A stretch of 64,000 nt of DNA from Mobula hypostoma (taxonomy: Eukaryota). Location of the stretch: the NCBI RefSeq assembly GCF_963921235.1, contig NC_086118.1:17610001-17674000 (forward strand), given 5' to 3'. The notes beneath the pieces were generated by a model, which saw nothing but the letters and a program-made list of their open reading frames with translations, had not been told where the DNA came from and ran no database searches. Shown here piece by piece: positions 61,392-64,000 of the stretch (the first letter of the stretch is position 1; the number at the start of each line of letters is the position of its first letter). The position numbers were made by a program, and so were the translations under genes.

Positions 61392-62295
61392 CTGCTCTGT
61401 GCAATCCACTTTCCACAGGATTGTTCTCTACATGACTCCCTTGTCCGCTTATCTCTTCCCACTGATATCTCTCCTGGCACTTATCCCTGCAAGCATGACA
61501 AGTGCTACACCTGCCTCTACATCTCATCTCTCACCACCTGTCAGGGTCCTAAACAGTCCTTCTAGGTGATGTGACACTTCATCTAGTGTTCCTGGTGCAA
61601 CATCCTCTACATCAGTGACACCCAATGTAGATCAGGGGACTGCCTTGTCGAGCACCTTTTCTCCATTTGCCACTAAAAGCAGGATTTCTTGGTAGACACC
61701 ATTTTAATTCGACTTCCCATTCCCATTCCGACATTTCAGTCCATGGTCTCCTCAGCTGCCACGGTGATGCATATTCAGGTTGGAGGAGCATGTTCCATTT
61801 GGGTAGCCACCAAACTGATGGCATGAACATCAATTCCCTGTCTTCCATTAATTTCACCGCCTTCTGCTTCTCTTTTTCTAATCCTCATTCTTGTTCCTCT
61901 TTCACCCCTTCTCCTCATCTGCCATTGCCTTCCTCTGGTGCCCTTCCTCTTTCCCTTTCTGCCATGGTCCACTGTCTTCTTGAATCAATTTCCCCTTTCT
62001 TCAGTTTCTTACCTCTTCCACCTATCACCCCCAGCTTCTTACTTCATTCCCCCCCCCACCTTGCCCACTCACTTTCCTCCTCATCTGGTTTCTCCTATCA
62101 TCTGCCAGTTTGTCCTCCTTCCCCTCTAACCACCACCTTATTCTGCCTCTTGCCCCTTTCCCTTCTGGTCCTGATGAAGGATCTTGGCCTAAAACTTCAA
62201 CTGTTTCTTTCCTCCATAAATGCTGTCTGACTTGCTGAGTTCTTACATTTTTTGTGTGTTTCTCGAATTTCGGAATCTGCAGAATCTCTTGTTTT
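61392..62295 (+). mobile_element. Penelope-like element (Cys-rich linker + GIY-YIG + terminal repeat) nested in a CR1 3' UTR
   Basis: GTYPCKHDKCYTC...HFNSTSHSHSDISVHGLL...FHLGSHQTDGMNI; hammerhead remnant ctgatgaagg at 62171. Confidence 0.78.
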
Positions 62296-64000
62296 CACCC
62301 CATATCTCTCTAAGCCCCAATCATCTACTTGCATATCTGAGTGCTTCTTAAATGATACTATTGTACCTGTCTCAACCATTTCTTCTAGCAGTGCATTCAA
62401 TATGCTCAGCCATATCTGGGTGAAGAATTGATGCTCCGGTGCCTTTGAAAATTTTTCCCTCTGACCCCAAAGCTGTGCTCACTAACCCAGGCTTTCAAGC
62501 CATGGCACCATCCCCATAAATCTGTTCTGCACTCTTAAAAGTTGAAGCATGGCTTTCCAAAAATTTGTACATAATATTCTAAGTTCAGCCTCACCAATGA
62601 CTTTTACAATGCAGTGTAATATCCAGTTCCTATATTGAATGTCCTGACTGACAGCCAGCATGCTAAACACCTTTTTCATCACCTTGTCTACCTGTGACAC
62701 CACTTTCAACAAATTATCCTCTTGTACTCCAAGGTCACTCTGTTCCATTATCCTCCTTCGCACTCTAGTGATCATAAATAATTTGGATTTATGTTCTACT
62801 GTGGTTTGACTATCCAAAATGCATCACCTCACACATATTGGTATTAAAATCCACTTGCCACTCTTCAGCCCACTTTCCTAACTGTTCAAGATACTCCTGT
62901 AATCTACAGTAGCCTTCTTCATTATTAACTTCACGTTGTAATTTCATGTTATACACAAACTTCCCACTCAAGCCTTGAGCATTCACATCAGATCATTTAA
63001 GTAAATAATGAGTAACAATGGTTCATCACCGACCCCTACTCAGACCACTAGTCACAGCTTCCATTCTGAGAAATGGTCTTCAACCTCCACCCTCCGCTTC
63101 ATACCTCTGTGACAATTTTGAATCCACATAACTAGGCTCTCCCTTGATTTTACAGTCTTCCATGTAGGACATTGTTGAAGGGCTTACTGAAGTCCAAATA
63201 GACAACATCCACTTTCTTACCCTCATCTGCCCTTTTGGTTACTGCTTCAAATAATAATCTAAGACGTCCGTCAAATGTGACCTCCCACACATAAAGCCAT
63301 GCTGACTCCTAATGTGACTCTGTACAATGAAAGGCTGGTAAATCCTGTCCCTTAGAATTCCCTCCAGTAACTTCCCTGCTACTGATGTCAGGCTGACTGG
63401 CCTGTAGTTCCCTGGCTTGTCCTTGCTACCATTCTTAAATGATGGAATAATGTTAGCCATTTTCCAGTGTTTGAGAATTTTACCAGTGGTTGATGATGAA
63501 GCTTATATCTTCATAAGGTCCTCTGTATTTTTATATTTAGTCTCCCACGGTCTGAGGATGCTCTTGTTCATATACTGGGGATTTATACACCTCAATGAGC
63601 TATAAGGCTGTAGCTACCTCCTCCCTGGTAATATAAAAACTTCTCCACTTTCTGTCTTACCTCTTGAGCAATTTTTCCTCAATAAACACTGAGGAGAAAT
63701 ATTCTTAAAAAAAATCACACCTGTAGCTCAAGACATTAGGCAATGCTTCTAATTTCTAAAGTTCAAAGCTCAAAGGACCTTTTCCCTACCAAGCATCCTT
63801 TTTAATACTATTTTCTAAACCTTTCTTGCCAAATTCATCTCGTATCTCCTTTTTGTCTTGCTGATTTCTCTCTTTTTATTGTCTTCAAGGGATTCTCTTA
63901 TACCTGACCCCCTAAACCCAATGTACACCTCCTTTTTCTTGACCAGGGCCTCAAGATATCTCATCAGCCAGGGTTCTCACAACTTGCTAGACTTACCTTT
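62296..64000 (-). mobile_element. CR1 LINE, degenerate; its 3' tail stub is at about 61308-61390
   Basis: KPGNYRPVSLTSVAGKLLEGILRDRI...SQHGFMCGRSHLT. Confidence 0.85.

Overview
Vertebrate genomic DNA; the repeat families present suggest a cartilaginous fish, probably a ray (inference). Two spliced genes lie in tandem on the + strand: the last six coding exons of ELAC2 (long-form RNase Z; 277-14973) and the first nine coding exons of an axonemal dynein heavy chain best matching DNAH9 (ATG 26907, running off the right end). All of their introns are GT-AG and in phase. Most of the rest is transposon-derived: CR1 and Rex1/Babar LINEs, Penelope-like elements (PLEs), Hero-like and RTE-like fragments, tRNA-derived SINEs, a Chapaev3-type DNA transposon and a ~1 kb LTR-like insert. 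Highlights: (1) a single insertion flanked by a 9-bp target-site duplication (TSD) that joins a CR1 3' end head-to-head with a spliced DENND4A-like mRNA fragment; (2) minimal hammerhead ribozyme motifs in PLE terminal repeats, one sense within the ELAC2 pre-mRNA and paired with an inverted copy; (3) an LTR-like insert with no TSD that carries an RFX X-box; (4) a duplicated ELAC2 exon/intron junction; (5) ELAC2-DNAH9 adjacency, which differs from the human order. Gene and family names come from my recollection of the proteins and consensus motifs, not from database searches. Repeat boundaries without a TSD are approximate.
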